38,575 nt of DNA from a virus (taxonomy: Duplodnaviria > Caudoviricetes): positions 1-38,575 of IMG/VR virus record IMGVR_UViG_3300024520_000210. One strand, given 5' to 3'. Every line of letters starts with the position of its first letter. Within the stretch, counting starts at the first letter, position 1. The notes beneath the pieces were generated by a model, which worked only from the letters and a program-made list of their open reading frames with translations, was not told where the DNA came from and did not search any database. Of this stretch, positions 15,365 to 25,082 are shown piece after piece. The translations under genes were made by a program, and so were the position numbers.

Positions 15365-16895
15365 ATGATCGCTCCCTCTCAATGCATCTAACTATTTTAG
15401 TGTAAATAGAGATTATGTTTACATTTTTAAGTTTATATTTACGTATTCTACACTTTTTATAGTTAAATACGTAACTAACTAAACACGATGCTCTTAACAA
15501 ATGCGTAACCATACAGCCCGTAAAACTAAATTTTCCTTTACCCAGAAGGTATTTCACATGTCTCAGACATGGGGTTGTTACATATTTAAATACAAATTTA
15601 GCAATAGTCTTATTATTGAGTAACTTATTATACTTTGGCTCAAATAGACTAATATACCCAAGCCATGTTTGCTCAGATAGAAATTCTTTTGACTGAATAT
15701 CTATACGGTACCTAGTGAATAAAAGATAGTCAGATCGATCTATGTATTTATTGTAATAGGCAGATGTTGATAAATAACAAGAATACTGGAATATATTAGC
15801 GATAAACTCAATAGCTGTGCCTAATCCAGGTAAAAGAGTATCCCCAATAGCCTTAACTGCCTGAACTGTAGCTTGTGTTGCCGCTGATTTCGCGACCTGC
15901 TCACCAGCAGCCTTTAAATCCCCAGTTTCAATCAATGTACTTAGACCCGCGACTGACGCGTTTCTCCCCGTAGACTTTGATACAAAATCAGCAGCCGCCT
16001 CAATCCCTTTATCTTTAATAAACTCCTCCGGATTAGAAATAGCTTGTGTAACATCGTCAACCAGCCCTTTATCAATACCAAGATTTTTAGATAAAAAATC
16101 CTTAGCGACCTCAATCCCTTTATCTGCAACAAATTGTCCAGGATCACTTACTACATCATGTAAGTCTTTTCCGCTAACTCCCTCTAATGGAGTTCCTGAA
16201 GTCACCTCATCGAATGCCTGATCCAACTTATCTGAAACGTCAAGTACAGCGCCTGTATCCCCTAATGATATTTCGCCGTATCCACTTCCATCGCCTTTTC
16301 TAATTTTTGTATTTTCAAATTGATCCTTCGCAAGACCTAAAGAGTCGCCGACAACTTGAGTTGCTGAATCAATTAATGCTCTTGTCGGCTCAGCTATAGG
16401 CTTAACTACCTCAGATATTCCACTGCCGATATCTGTCAATATATCTTTCCCTGTTTCTATTATGGGGTCAACAACGGGCTTAGTTTTTTCAACAGCTTCG
16501 CCAAAAACATCTTTAACAGTATCTATTGCCGGCTGAAGGTCAGGTGATTCTGTATTTAAATCAATCTTTGGAATATCAGGTGTATTAAAATTTACATTTG
16601 GTAGGTTTACTGGCTGAGTTGAAATTATAGGTAATTCCGGAGTAGTTATTTCAGGAATATTAACATTCGGAATATTTATTGGCTGAGTAGTTATTACAGG
16701 GCCTTTTATCCCCTGTAAGTTATCTAAAAAAGAAAGATCTAATCCAAATCCTTTTCGAGAACCTTCTCCTAAAACTTTAGCTTTCTCATTTTTAACACCG
16801 CCAGTTTGACCACGAAATGTGCTGTCCAGATCAAAAACAATATCGTCTTGAACTTCTTCTCTAAATAAATTGTCTGAAAATGTGCTGCTTGTCAT
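15354..16895 (-). CDS. Putative ejection/virion protein with C-terminal CFI-box-CTERM-like domain
   Basis: Acidic amphipathic N-part, then LLPGLGTAIE, then SCYLSTSAY..GY..FEP basic/hydrophobic domain. Confidence 0.55.
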   Translation of the reverse strand: MTSSTFSDNLFREEVQDDIVFDLDSTFRGQTGGVKNEKAKVLGEGSRKGFGLDLSFLDNLQGIKGPVITTQPINIPNVNIPEITTPELPIISTQPVNLPNVNFNTPDIPKIDLNTESPDLQPAIDTVKDVFGEAVEKTKPVVDPIIETGKDILTDIGSGISEVVKPIAEPTRALIDSATQVVGDSLGLAKDQFENTKIRKGDGSGYGEISLGDTGAVLDVSDKLDQAFDEVTSGTPLEGVSGKDLHDVVSDPGQFVADKGIEVAKDFLSKNLGIDKGLVDDVTQAISNPEEFIKDKGIEAAADFVSKSTGRNASVAGLSTLIETGDLKAAGEQVAKSAATQATVQAVKAIGDTLLPGLGTAIEFIANIFQYSCYLSTSAYYNKYIDRSDYLLFTRYRIDIQSKEFLSEQTWLGYISLFEPKYNKLLNNKTIAKFVFKYVTTPCLRHVKYLLGKGKFSFTGCMVTHLLRASCLVSYVFNYKKCRIRKYKLKNVNIISIYTKIVRCIERERSYAR

Positions 16896-16907
16896 TTATA
16901 GTTCCTA

Positions 16908-18113
16908 TTAGAATATGTCATCAAGGCCTCCTATCATATCTTCAAGACCAGTTCCCGATAAATTGCCTACGATATAACTCAATGCCGTCTGAATGGCTGT
17001 ATCAATTATTGTTTGCTCTCTCTCTATTTCTAACCTTGTTTGAAGAACCTCTTTTTCATACTTCGCTTTTTGCTGAAGCTCAAAAGGTAACTCCTCTCTT
17101 ATTCTATCAAACTTTTCATCTAGTAGTTTCGATTCATTAGCAAACTGATTATTGGCCTCTGTTATTCTAAGATCCGCCTGTTGCTGTATCTGTTGACCTT
17201 GAGCAATGAAACTTTCGGCTTGAGTTAATCGTTGCTGCTCCCCACTAGTTAGAGCCAATTGCTCTCTAGCCGCGTTGTTCTCCTGAGTTTGCTGCATAGC
17301 AAATCCTGCCTGATCCGCCAGTGTTAATCTCTGTTGTTCTGCTGAAGTAGTAGCCAAAGCCTGGCTAGACTGTTGCTGCGCTGCTATATTTTGTCTTTGT
17401 TCCTGGCCTCTAGTCCCAACAAGACCTTCTTCAATAGATCCTTGCCTCTGAAGTTCAGTTAATCTCTGTTCTGCTTGTTGCGATGAAATTGAAGATTGCC
17501 CAGCTATTTGGTCAGCCAAAGTTTGCCTCTCTTGCTGTCCCCTAGTTCCAATTAAAGACGATTCCCCAGCTATTTGAGCCTCCTGAGTCTGCCTAGTTTG
17601 CTCGCCTCTAGCCCCAATCAAGCCTGATTCGCCCGCTATCTGATCAGCTAATGTTAATCTTTCTTGAGCACCCCTGACTCCAGTTAACCGCTCTTCTACA
17701 TCACCTCTAGCGCCTATTAACCCAGTCTCTGCTTCAGCTCGAGAACCAATTAGCCGCTGCTCTGCTGCTGTAGTCTCTGTTAATGCTCGACTCGCTCGAT
17801 CAGCCCCAATTTCCTGAGATATAATACCTCTTTCAAAATCCGACTCTCTTAAGGCTTCTTGAGTTCTCCCCTGAGCAAATTGTTGACCAACCTGACCAAC
17901 AACATCCGCCGTCTGTCTAGCGAAAGCCCCTTCCGTAAAGCTGCTCCTGCCAAACCCCCTAGCTGAAGAAGATTCAAGTTGCTGAGACCTAATGTCGTCT
18001 AAACTTCTTTGTACATTTCCTAATACAGCTGTTTCTTGTTGAGAAAACGGGTCTGCTGAAGCCCCTCTTGATAATCCGAACTCTCCAGCTATCTGACTTA
18101 TTGTTCTAGTCAT
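16908..18113 (-). CDS. Q/E/R-rich 11/22-aa repeat coiled-coil protein, DNA pilot/ejection-like
   Basis: Repeats LIGARGEQTRQTQEAQIAGESS / LIGTRGQQERQTLADQIAGQSS; SARGFGRSS motif; AGGAG SD before ATG 18113. Confidence 0.65.
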   Translation of the reverse strand: MTRTISQIAGEFGLSRGASADPFSQQETAVLGNVQRSLDDIRSQQLESSSARGFGRSSFTEGAFARQTADVVGQVGQQFAQGRTQEALRESDFERGIISQEIGADRASRALTETTAAEQRLIGSRAEAETGLIGARGDVEERLTGVRGAQERLTLADQIAGESGLIGARGEQTRQTQEAQIAGESSLIGTRGQQERQTLADQIAGQSSISSQQAEQRLTELQRQGSIEEGLVGTRGQEQRQNIAAQQQSSQALATTSAEQQRLTLADQAGFAMQQTQENNAAREQLALTSGEQQRLTQAESFIAQGQQIQQQADLRITEANNQFANESKLLDEKFDRIREELPFELQQKAKYEKEVLQTRLEIEREQTIIDTAIQTALSYIVGNLSGTGLEDMIGGLDDIF

Positions 18114-18149
18114 TTTCAACTCCTACTTATATATAATATACAATATATT

Positions 18150-19382
18150 TTAACTTAATTCACGCCAAGTTATTGAACCACGTATCCCTATGTTATTTGT
18201 TATCGGAGTAACAGTTAATACAAACTCATCAACTGTGTTGTCGATCGCAGCTCCTAATCTTATTGCGTTTGGAGTAATTGTTGTTGCTGGCGCTGATGTC
18301 TCAAAGAAGCCTCCGTCAAACTCAGTCCCGCCTGTAACCGTATTCGCCGCAGCCCCTGTTGCCGCTTGTATCGCAGAATTGGTCATGTCTGAATATGTAA
18401 ATGTGCCAGCTATTGTCGGGTTCAGGTATATCTCCCAATGAGCCTGATCATTATTTGTTGTTGCTAACAACGATATATTTTCTAATAAAATACCAGCGTC
18501 TATATGAGTTGATTTTAACCGTATCCCGACAACTGCATAAGTAGTACCCGTAGCAAGACCTGTTAAAGTCCCAGAGTCTTTATGCCTAAGAATACCTAGT
18601 TTGTTTAACCCCCCCTCACTTATTACTGTTGAGCAAATGGAGATCAATGCCGCTTGATTCGCTGTACCTAGATTCTCAGCCGAATATCTTATCGGAAGAT
18701 TTGGAGTGGCCATATAAACAGTGACTATACTATTCGCGTTGTTAAAACAGTGCGCATGATAAATTATCCCCCCCGCTACGAAGCCGAAGCGTACCCGCCC
18801 CACACCTAACCATTCATAATCAATAACTATAATCTGAGTCTTAGTGAAATCAAGTGTAATTCCACTGGGTCCAGTTCCATCCATTGAATCAATACTCCAA
18901 CTTGATTGGCTTACCTCCGTGTCTACTGCTGAGCCTGATGTGGATGATCTTTGAACAATTTTATATGTACCTTCATCATCTTTTAAAAAAATGCCATTAT
19001 TATCGTCAAAAATGCCAACTTCTCTTATTATATCCGTTCCGCCTCCGTATAGATCTAGAACCACGGTCAAAAAGATCAATTGAGATTTTCCTGGTTGGTA
19101 ATTGAATCTCTGGAATGTTTGACGAACACGCTTCCCCGCAGTAGTCGTCGATACCTTTAGGGTAACACTTGCTTTTCCAGGATTAAAAAAGCTTGTAGCA
19201 CCTGACCCACTAACTTCTTTATCATCCCAAAACAACGGCGATTTATCCCATAGACTCTTTGAGTCAAATATCGTTGTAGGGTTAGAGACCCTTAATCTGC
19301 CAAATGCATCATAAGCCGCTGTATCTATTGGGAAAGAAGCTATATCTACCTCTGTAATGCCGTGAGCTCTCTGATATCCCAT
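18150..19382 (-). CDS. Beta-rich phage (probably virion) protein
   Basis: DAFGRLRVSNP, YQPGKSQ, EWLGVGRVRFG, MATPNLPIRY, ISEGG, TWRE motifs of a widespread phage family. Confidence 0.7.
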   Translation of the reverse strand: MGYQRAHGITEVDIASFPIDTAAYDAFGRLRVSNPTTIFDSKSLWDKSPLFWDDKEVSGSGATSFFNPGKASVTLKVSTTTAGKRVRQTFQRFNYQPGKSQLIFLTVVLDLYGGGTDIIREVGIFDDNNGIFLKDDEGTYKIVQRSSTSGSAVDTEVSQSSWSIDSMDGTGPSGITLDFTKTQIIVIDYEWLGVGRVRFGFVAGGIIYHAHCFNNANSIVTVYMATPNLPIRYSAENLGTANQAALISICSTVISEGGLNKLGILRHKDSGTLTGLATGTTYAVVGIRLKSTHIDAGILLENISLLATTNNDQAHWEIYLNPTIAGTFTYSDMTNSAIQAATGAAANTVTGGTEFDGGFFETSAPATTITPNAIRLGAAIDNTVDEFVLTVTPITNNIGIRGSITWRELS

Positions 19383-19384
19383 AA

Positions 19385-19708
19385 TTACCTCGAAAACACC
19401 CTGTATCCGGAGTCTGTTCCGGAATGAGTAATACGAATCTTTTTAATCCTTAATCCACTTAAAGGAAACGTCTCAAAATAAAAAACAGTGAACTGATTTC
19501 CGTAATTAGTCCCATCAGCACTTATCTCAACTAATATATCGCCATTGGTTCCTGAAGTAGACTTGCAAACTAGCCTACCATCTATTGATGGAATTCCAAG
19601 AGTTCCAGCAACATCTAAAACAACAGGGCTATCTCCCGACTGGAAATCTAGATCCTCAGAAGCGAAATATACAATTTTTGGTTCATTAAAATCACTCTCA
19701 AATGACAC
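19385..19708 (-). CDS. Small beta-sandwich hypothetical (virion-associated?)
   Basis: 107-aa ORF, coupled; VEISADGTNYG motif. Confidence 0.6.
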   Translation of the reverse strand: MSFESDFNEPKIVYFASEDLDFQSGDSPVVLDVAGTLGIPSIDGRLVCKSTSGTNGDILVEISADGTNYGNQFTVFYFETFPLSGLRIKKIRITHSGTDSGYRVFSR

Positions 19709-20022
19709 TAGTCACTAATCCTTTTTATTAACTCAGAAATCTTAACCTTTCGAGCTCTTAAAACAACCTCTAACTGTTTTTGAATATCGCCTTTTATTTT
19801 TTTATTTCTAATTTTATCAATAATTGTGTCATCAGCTCTCTCAACTATTTTGTCAGCTAAATCATATAATTTATCAACATAAGACACTGGTTTTAAAATA
19901 GAATTAATAATATTCCATAGTTGGAAAAATATAATTCCAGTAGCCGCCGTTGTCGCTGCTGCTGCTATAGCCCCTAATGGATTCGTAACTAAATTAAGTA
20001 TGTCTATTCCAAATATTTCCAT
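19708..20022 (-). CDS. Membrane protein, holin-like
   Basis: N-terminal hydrophobic helix, charged C-terminus, adjacent to endolysin. Confidence 0.5.
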   Translation of the reverse strand: MEIFGIDILNLVTNPLGAIAAAATTAATGIIFFQLWNIINSILKPVSYVDKLYDLADKIVERADDTIIDKIRNKKIKGDIQKQLEVVLRARKVKISELIKRISD

Positions 20023-20033
20023 TTTACGATCTC

Positions 20034-20489
20034 CTAATAACTATATGTCCAAGATGTCGGCGATTCTCTATCAATATCAATGTGGCAGTAGTGGTTTCCA
20101 ATTCCAATTCCGAGAGGTATGTTTAATTCTTTCTCAACCTCTTTCAAACGTCCGTAAATATCTTTCCCTAAAAAGTATTCTTTATCTGGTTTTGAAATCT
20201 TAATATCTACAGCTAACAATTTTCTTCCGAATCTCGGAAGATGTCTTGATCCCCAAGGAATAGCCTCAAACCATTTCTTTCCGTCTAGATGGTTGTTTTT
20301 CTCGAGAGATTTATAAATAGAGATATGCTTCTGAATAGTTCTGGGTCCACTCGTTATTTTTATTGGCATTTTTATTTTAGATCTCAATAGTTCGAGAACG
20401 TTTAATAAAATTTCCTCAGGCTCCACGTTATCAAACTCCCTAGCCCAAAAGTTATCAGAATATTTTAAATCAGAATAGCTTGAACTCAT
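20034..20489 (-). CDS. Peptidase M15A-like endolysin
   Basis: NFWAREF, ITSGPRT, SRH..AVDI, GIGIG..HIDID zinc-ligand pattern. Confidence 0.8.
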   Translation of the reverse strand: MSSSYSDLKYSDNFWAREFDNVEPEEILLNVLELLRSKIKMPIKITSGPRTIQKHISIYKSLEKNNHLDGKKWFEAIPWGSRHLPRFGRKLLAVDIKISKPDKEYFLGKDIYGRLKEVEKELNIPLGIGIGNHYCHIDIDRESPTSWTYSY

Positions 20490-20785
20490 GGCATTATAAT
20501 CTTTATAGAAATCAAGAATAAAAAAATCATAACAGCAAATCGTAAAAGCTCTAATCCCCAGCTTATTTTTTCTTTATGATTATTAAAAGCCTCTTTTATC
20601 TGACTATCTATCTTCTTTTCTAAATGCTTATGGGCAGTAGATATACTACTATTAATTTCTAACTCAACGGACTTATAGAAGCTTTTTAACTGAAGGTCAA
20701 GTATCTTATCAGCAGGATAGTTCCGTAGCTCTGAAACCTGCTTTTCTAAAGTTAAGATTCTAGAATTTAAGACATCTTGAGTCAT
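20486..20785 (-). CDS. Coiled-coil protein with C-terminal TM helix (holin/antiholin-like)
   Basis: Terminal FAVMIFLFLISIKII; directly upstream of endolysin. Confidence 0.5.
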   Translation of the reverse strand: MTQDVLNSRILTLEKQVSELRNYPADKILDLQLKSFYKSVELEINSSISTAHKHLEKKIDSQIKEAFNNHKEKISWGLELLRFAVMIFLFLISIKIIMP

Positions 20786-20786
20786 T

Positions 20787-21032
20787 TTAGATATCTATTC
20801 CATCTTGAAATATCTGTTCTTTTAATTCTTTATATGTGTTCTTAATTATTTTTTCATTTTTCTCAATAGACATAGTTTTTTTCTGAATAAGCTCACCTTT
20901 ATTGCCATCTACAATGGAATAAAGGTCTAAAAGAACCTCTATATTAGGTTTAGAATTTATTATTCTATTAATCTTAATATACATATCATTTAAGATGATT
21001 CCGTTAAAATTAACATTAGATTTAATTGCCAT
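20787..21032 (-). CDS. Small tail-fibre-associated protein
   Basis: Follows tail fibre; YIKI..YKELK..FQDGIDI pattern. Confidence 0.55.
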   Translation of the reverse strand: MAIKSNVNFNGIILNDMYIKINRIINSKPNIEVLLDLYSIVDGNKGELIQKKTMSIEKNEKIIKNTYKELKEQIFQDGIDI

Positions 21033-21043
21033 GAATTTTCTCC

Positions 21044-22690
21044 TTATCCGACCCCATCATAAATTCTGATATATTTTGTTCCAACTCCGCTTACATTTAT
21101 TTTCATAACTCCATACTTAGCCGCCGTTTCCCCAGAATCTGCTTCTAAAGCATTCCCAGCGCCTACGGTTGTATTTAAATTTATGAATGGATTATCTACA
21201 TCTTTCTGTATAAGTTCAAGGCAAGGTATTGCCGCCGTGGTTCCTGCTTGATCAATTGTAAGTTTCGAAAAACCAGAGCCCGTAGTCGCCCTTCCTATCG
21301 CAGCATTATTATTAGTTGAATCAACATAAAATACATTTGTATCTACTGTGAAGTCGCCTGTTATAGATGTATCGACGGATATAGCCATCGATGTTGTCGA
21401 CATACTAAATCTATTTGACCCACCAGTAGATATGTCGATTGTGTCAGCTCCGCTGCTATACATACCCGTATTTAAATCCCCAACAAAACTAAGCGCAGGT
21501 AACGAAACAGTCCCCAGAGACCCTAGAAAAACCCCCCCATTAACGGTAGCTCCCAAACTATTTAGAGTTAGTCTATTCACTCCATCCGCTGCAAAATCAA
21601 GAATATTAGCACCACTACTATACATACCTGTATTTAAATCCCCAACAAAACTAAGCGCAGGTGACGAAACCGTCCCCAGAGACCCTAGAAAAACCCCCCC
21701 ATTAACGGTAGCTCCCAAACTATTTAGAGTTAGTCTATTCACACCATCCGCTGCAAAATCAAGAATGTTAGCACCGCTACTATACATACCTGTATTTAAA
21801 TCCCCAACAAAACTAAGCGCAGGTGACGAAACCGTCCCCAGAGACCCTAGACTAACAAATCCTCCATCAAACTCACTTAATTCTACATTCACCGAACTTC
21901 CTGCTACCGGAGTAATATTAATATCCCCTGAAGTTGAAGAAATTGTATTCCCATTAATATTCAAATTATCGACTGTAAGATTACCACCTGTTATTAGACC
22001 TGTTGTTGTAATCGCAGAAGCCCCATTATTAATGGCTCCAAACCCAGAAGTTATTGACCCAGAATTTAAAGCCCCCACTGTTGTTAACGAACTAGTAACC
22101 ACCCCAGTCCCCAATACAGTTGAAGAAAGAACATCTGTTCCATTTATTTGATACTCCGCTCCAGATACCAAGTCTAACTTGCCATCAGATTGAAATCTAG
22201 CAATCTCTGATGCAGCAGAGCCTCCTGTCATCAATTTAATAACAAAATCAAAATCCTCACTTGCCCCAGTTACATCTGTAGTTATTACATCAAGAATTGC
22301 TCCAGTTTCATTATTTCCTGCAGAAGTCTCTACGATATATTTTAGTCCAATACCTATCCCGCTTGCAGGAGTCCCACTTGTTGTATGTTTAATTGTTAAG
22401 TATTGCGGCGTACTAGTTAATGCACTAGATACATCTAAAACAACTTCCGTTCCATCCCAGTAAATACCTGCATCGTCACCGGATCCCATAGTATAAGATC
22501 CGTCAGACGCTACCGAGGTTCCATCTACAGACGTCTGAAATTGCGCGGCAGTCATAGTCCCAGTAATTGTAATATCTGCTGATGCAGTTGATCCATTAAG
22601 AAATGATTCTATTTCTGCGAAAATAGAGTTTACAGTAGCTGATTCCAAATCCGTATTAAATACAATGTCCGTTAAAGATATAGTTGCCAT
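21044..22690 (-). CDS. Tail fibre / receptor-binding protein
   Basis: G/S/T-rich; SSLTTVGALNSGSITSGFG and SSPALSFVGDLNTGMY fibre-type repeats. Confidence 0.8.
   Translation of the reverse strand: MATISLTDIVFNTDLESATVNSIFAEIESFLNGSTASADITITGTMTAAQFQTSVDGTSVASDGSYTMGSGDDAGIYWDGTEVVLDVSSALTSTPQYLTIKHTTSGTPASGIGIGLKYIVETSAGNNETGAILDVITTDVTGASEDFDFVIKLMTGGSAASEIARFQSDGKLDLVSGAEYQINGTDVLSSTVLGTGVVTSSLTTVGALNSGSITSGFGAINNGASAITTTGLITGGNLTVDNLNINGNTISSTSGDINITPVAGSSVNVELSEFDGGFVSLGSLGTVSSPALSFVGDLNTGMYSSGANILDFAADGVNRLTLNSLGATVNGGVFLGSLGTVSSPALSFVGDLNTGMYSSGANILDFAADGVNRLTLNSLGATVNGGVFLGSLGTVSLPALSFVGDLNTGMYSSGADTIDISTGGSNRFSMSTTSMAISVDTSITGDFTVDTNVFYVDSTNNNAAIGRATTGSGFSKLTIDQAGTTAAIPCLELIQKDVDNPFINLNTTVGAGNALEADSGETAAKYGVMKINVSGVGTKYIRIYDGVG
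21446..21851. repeat. 162-bp tandem repeat (~2.5 copies; 54 aa unit) inside tail fibre
   Basis: CCCTAG anchors at 21521, 21683 and 21845 (period 162); near-identical DNA. Confidence 0.92.
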
Positions 22691-22691
22691 A

Positions 22692-24416
22692 TTATGCCTC
22701 TCTCCTCATTAATTCATATAATAAATCAACTGAACTAAGGGAAAATCTATTTATTCCTGTAGCTTTCATACCTATAGCTATAGTTACGCCTGATGTAAGT
22801 TTTCTTTTCTTATCTCTCACAAAATTTATAGAACCTGAATCCCATCGTACTCCACTGTCCCAGTTATAACCTGCGTCCCATTTTACACCAGAACCTTCTG
22901 TAGTGATACTCTTCGAACCACTAGCCGTTGTACTTCCATCTATATACCACTCTAATGTTATATCAAAAGAACTTGTAAATGTTTTGAGAGTTACGAGTAA
23001 CTTATCAAATATTTTATTTATTTGATCTGTTCCTAAATTAAAATCCTTTGTTTTTATTCTTGAAGTTATAGATGTTGTTGTATCTGAATTTAATTGATAA
23101 TATTTTGCCCCTTTGGCTAGAAATAGATTTTCCCCATTCTCAATAAACAACTCGGCTCCACCCACACTCCACTTGCTCCAGCCCCCTGTAATTTCGTCAA
23201 AAACTAATATTGTGCTTACCCCATCCGATAAATAAAATTTATCTTCAAAAGAGTAGCCTCTTGCCACTGATTGATCAGCAAACGATGTTATTTCAGACCT
23301 TATTTTTCGATCAATTCCAACAGAACTAATAGAATCAAATTGCGTTGTTTGATCTTGAGTTGTAACTCCAGAGAACCGCTTAACCCCTTCTCTAGATAGA
23401 AAGTACAAAGATTGGTCAGCCCTACCGACCGAAAAATCGGCTATTATGCCCCGGGAATTAAAAGATTTCTCTATCGTTGCCGTTAATATCGTTTTCCCGG
23501 TAACAACATGTATTGAAAATTCCCTAAATACAGTTAATTGACCAAAATGAGATATCATATGTTTAATTGAATCTTCAGTATTATTATCTAATTGTATTAG
23601 TCCTGGGGCATCTGAACCTGAATAAGCCCTAGTTGCGTCCCAATCCGTAATCGCTGCTGTAGGATATTGAATAGAAACAAATATATTGTTCCCTTTTGAT
23701 ATCCATACTCTTTCTAAATGCAGCTCTATCCTATTAATTCCAGACTCTAAGCCTGAGCTAGTAGATAACCCAGTTAATACATTTCCTGTACTAACAAAAT
23801 GAAGAACATTGGAGTTCGTTGTTAATCCATTAACAAACCAAATGGAATCATTATAAACAATAAAGTCACATTTTGTGTCTTTATCAAAATCAACACTTGA
23901 AACTTCTGTCCATCCTGTAGATGTCCAAGTACCTGCGGCATCATCACTAACCCAGGTATCTGTTATATCAAATGTATTTGTAGTTGAGTTCGATATTGTG
24001 AATGTTCCATTATAATTAGTTGTCCCCGTTATTGTTACAGAATCATTGTCATGAAGACCATGTGCCGCAGAGGTTACAGTAACAAGACCCCCTCCTGCAT
24101 CTGAAAATACTGTTATAGATCCTGTCAATGTCGTATCTAGGTATACTAATCTGGCTTCAGTTCCATTTCCTGCCATAAGATAAATAAACCCATTAAACTT
24201 TATACCACCAAGAACCTTAGTTGCTATTGATCCGTTTATATATATCTCATTTCCAACTTGTAGTAGTCCATTAATAGACTCAACCTCACCACTGGGTCTA
24301 TATAAAACATTGTCCGAAATCTGTAAATCAGAATCACCCATATCATGAGGGCTATCTATTACATTCAGACCAGTCGTGAAATTATCAACTACTAATTCTT
24401 TTAGATCCTTAGCCAT
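22692..24416 (-). CDS. Tail nozzle / packaged-DNA stabilization protein (P22 gp10 / T7 gp12-like)
   Basis: NFTTGLN start, beta-propeller-like strands, position after adaptor; inserted TSAAHGL..YNGTFTI module. Confidence 0.7.
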   Translation of the reverse strand: MAKDLKELVVDNFTTGLNVIDSPHDMGDSDLQISDNVLYRPSGEVESINGLLQVGNEIYINGSIATKVLGGIKFNGFIYLMAGNGTEARLVYLDTTLTGSITVFSDAGGGLVTVTSAAHGLHDNDSVTITGTTNYNGTFTISNSTTNTFDITDTWVSDDAAGTWTSTGWTEVSSVDFDKDTKCDFIVYNDSIWFVNGLTTNSNVLHFVSTGNVLTGLSTSSGLESGINRIELHLERVWISKGNNIFVSIQYPTAAITDWDATRAYSGSDAPGLIQLDNNTEDSIKHMISHFGQLTVFREFSIHVVTGKTILTATIEKSFNSRGIIADFSVGRADQSLYFLSREGVKRFSGVTTQDQTTQFDSISSVGIDRKIRSEITSFADQSVARGYSFEDKFYLSDGVSTILVFDEITGGWSKWSVGGAELFIENGENLFLAKGAKYYQLNSDTTTSITSRIKTKDFNLGTDQINKIFDKLLVTLKTFTSSFDITLEWYIDGSTTASGSKSITTEGSGVKWDAGYNWDSGVRWDSGSINFVRDKKRKLTSGVTIAIGMKATGINRFSLSSVDLLYELMRREA

Positions 24417-25056
24417 AAGCCGTTACACCCCTTGAGTATTGGTCGTTAACCTGTTCTGAAACATTCTTAGACATAGTTAAATACAAGTCTCTATTAAGAG
24501 CAGCCTCATCGGGCTCTCTTCTTCTTACCCAAAATTTCCACTCACACCATAAATACATTAATTCGAGATATTGATCTGGCAAATCAATATAAGCAGAACC
24601 AGTTGTTGCAAACGTTGGTATCCTTGCCCCATAGGCACGAAACGTCCCCGTTGTTGGGTTACTTCCAAATACCTCGATATTCATTCCATTTCTTACATAA
24701 TACCTAACCGTTCCTTGATCATACCCGTCATCTTGTAACTGAGATAAATTGTAAGGAAGGATTAATGTATAATTAGTCGGTGATTCGGTATCAGCATAAT
24801 AAAGCTCATAAAGCTCAGACATATTTGAAGGTAAGGTGTATGACGACGATCCATCAAGAGAAACGGTTGCATATTCAGGTAATAATTTAGTCCTGAAATT
24901 TATGTCATAATTCCCCTGTCTAATCAGCTCACATATTTGAGTATCATTTATTGTGTCCGACGTATCTTCATCAAATCTAGTTCTTACATTTGTAATGAAG
25001 TTATCTCTAGTTAAGGTTTGATTTGTAAATAAACTTGTCCATGTAAAAGTGGCCAT
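24409..25056 (-). CDS. Head-tail adaptor (tail tubular A / gp4-like)
   Basis: VRTRFDE..YTLPSN..LPDQYLELM pattern; position. Confidence 0.7.
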   Translation of the reverse strand: MATFTWTSLFTNQTLTRDNFITNVRTRFDEDTSDTINDTQICELIRQGNYDINFRTKLLPEYATVSLDGSSSYTLPSNMSELYELYYADTESPTNYTLILPYNLSQLQDDGYDQGTVRYYVRNGMNIEVFGSNPTTGTFRAYGARIPTFATTGSAYIDLPDQYLELMYLWCEWKFWVRRREPDEAALNRDLYLTMSKNVSEQVNDQYSRGVTAYG

Positions 25057-25082
25057 TTATTATCTCCTATATATAATCCGAT

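Noticed and set aside
21348-22151. 267-aa plus-strand ORF
   Set aside because: Antisense shadow of the repeated tail-fibre gene
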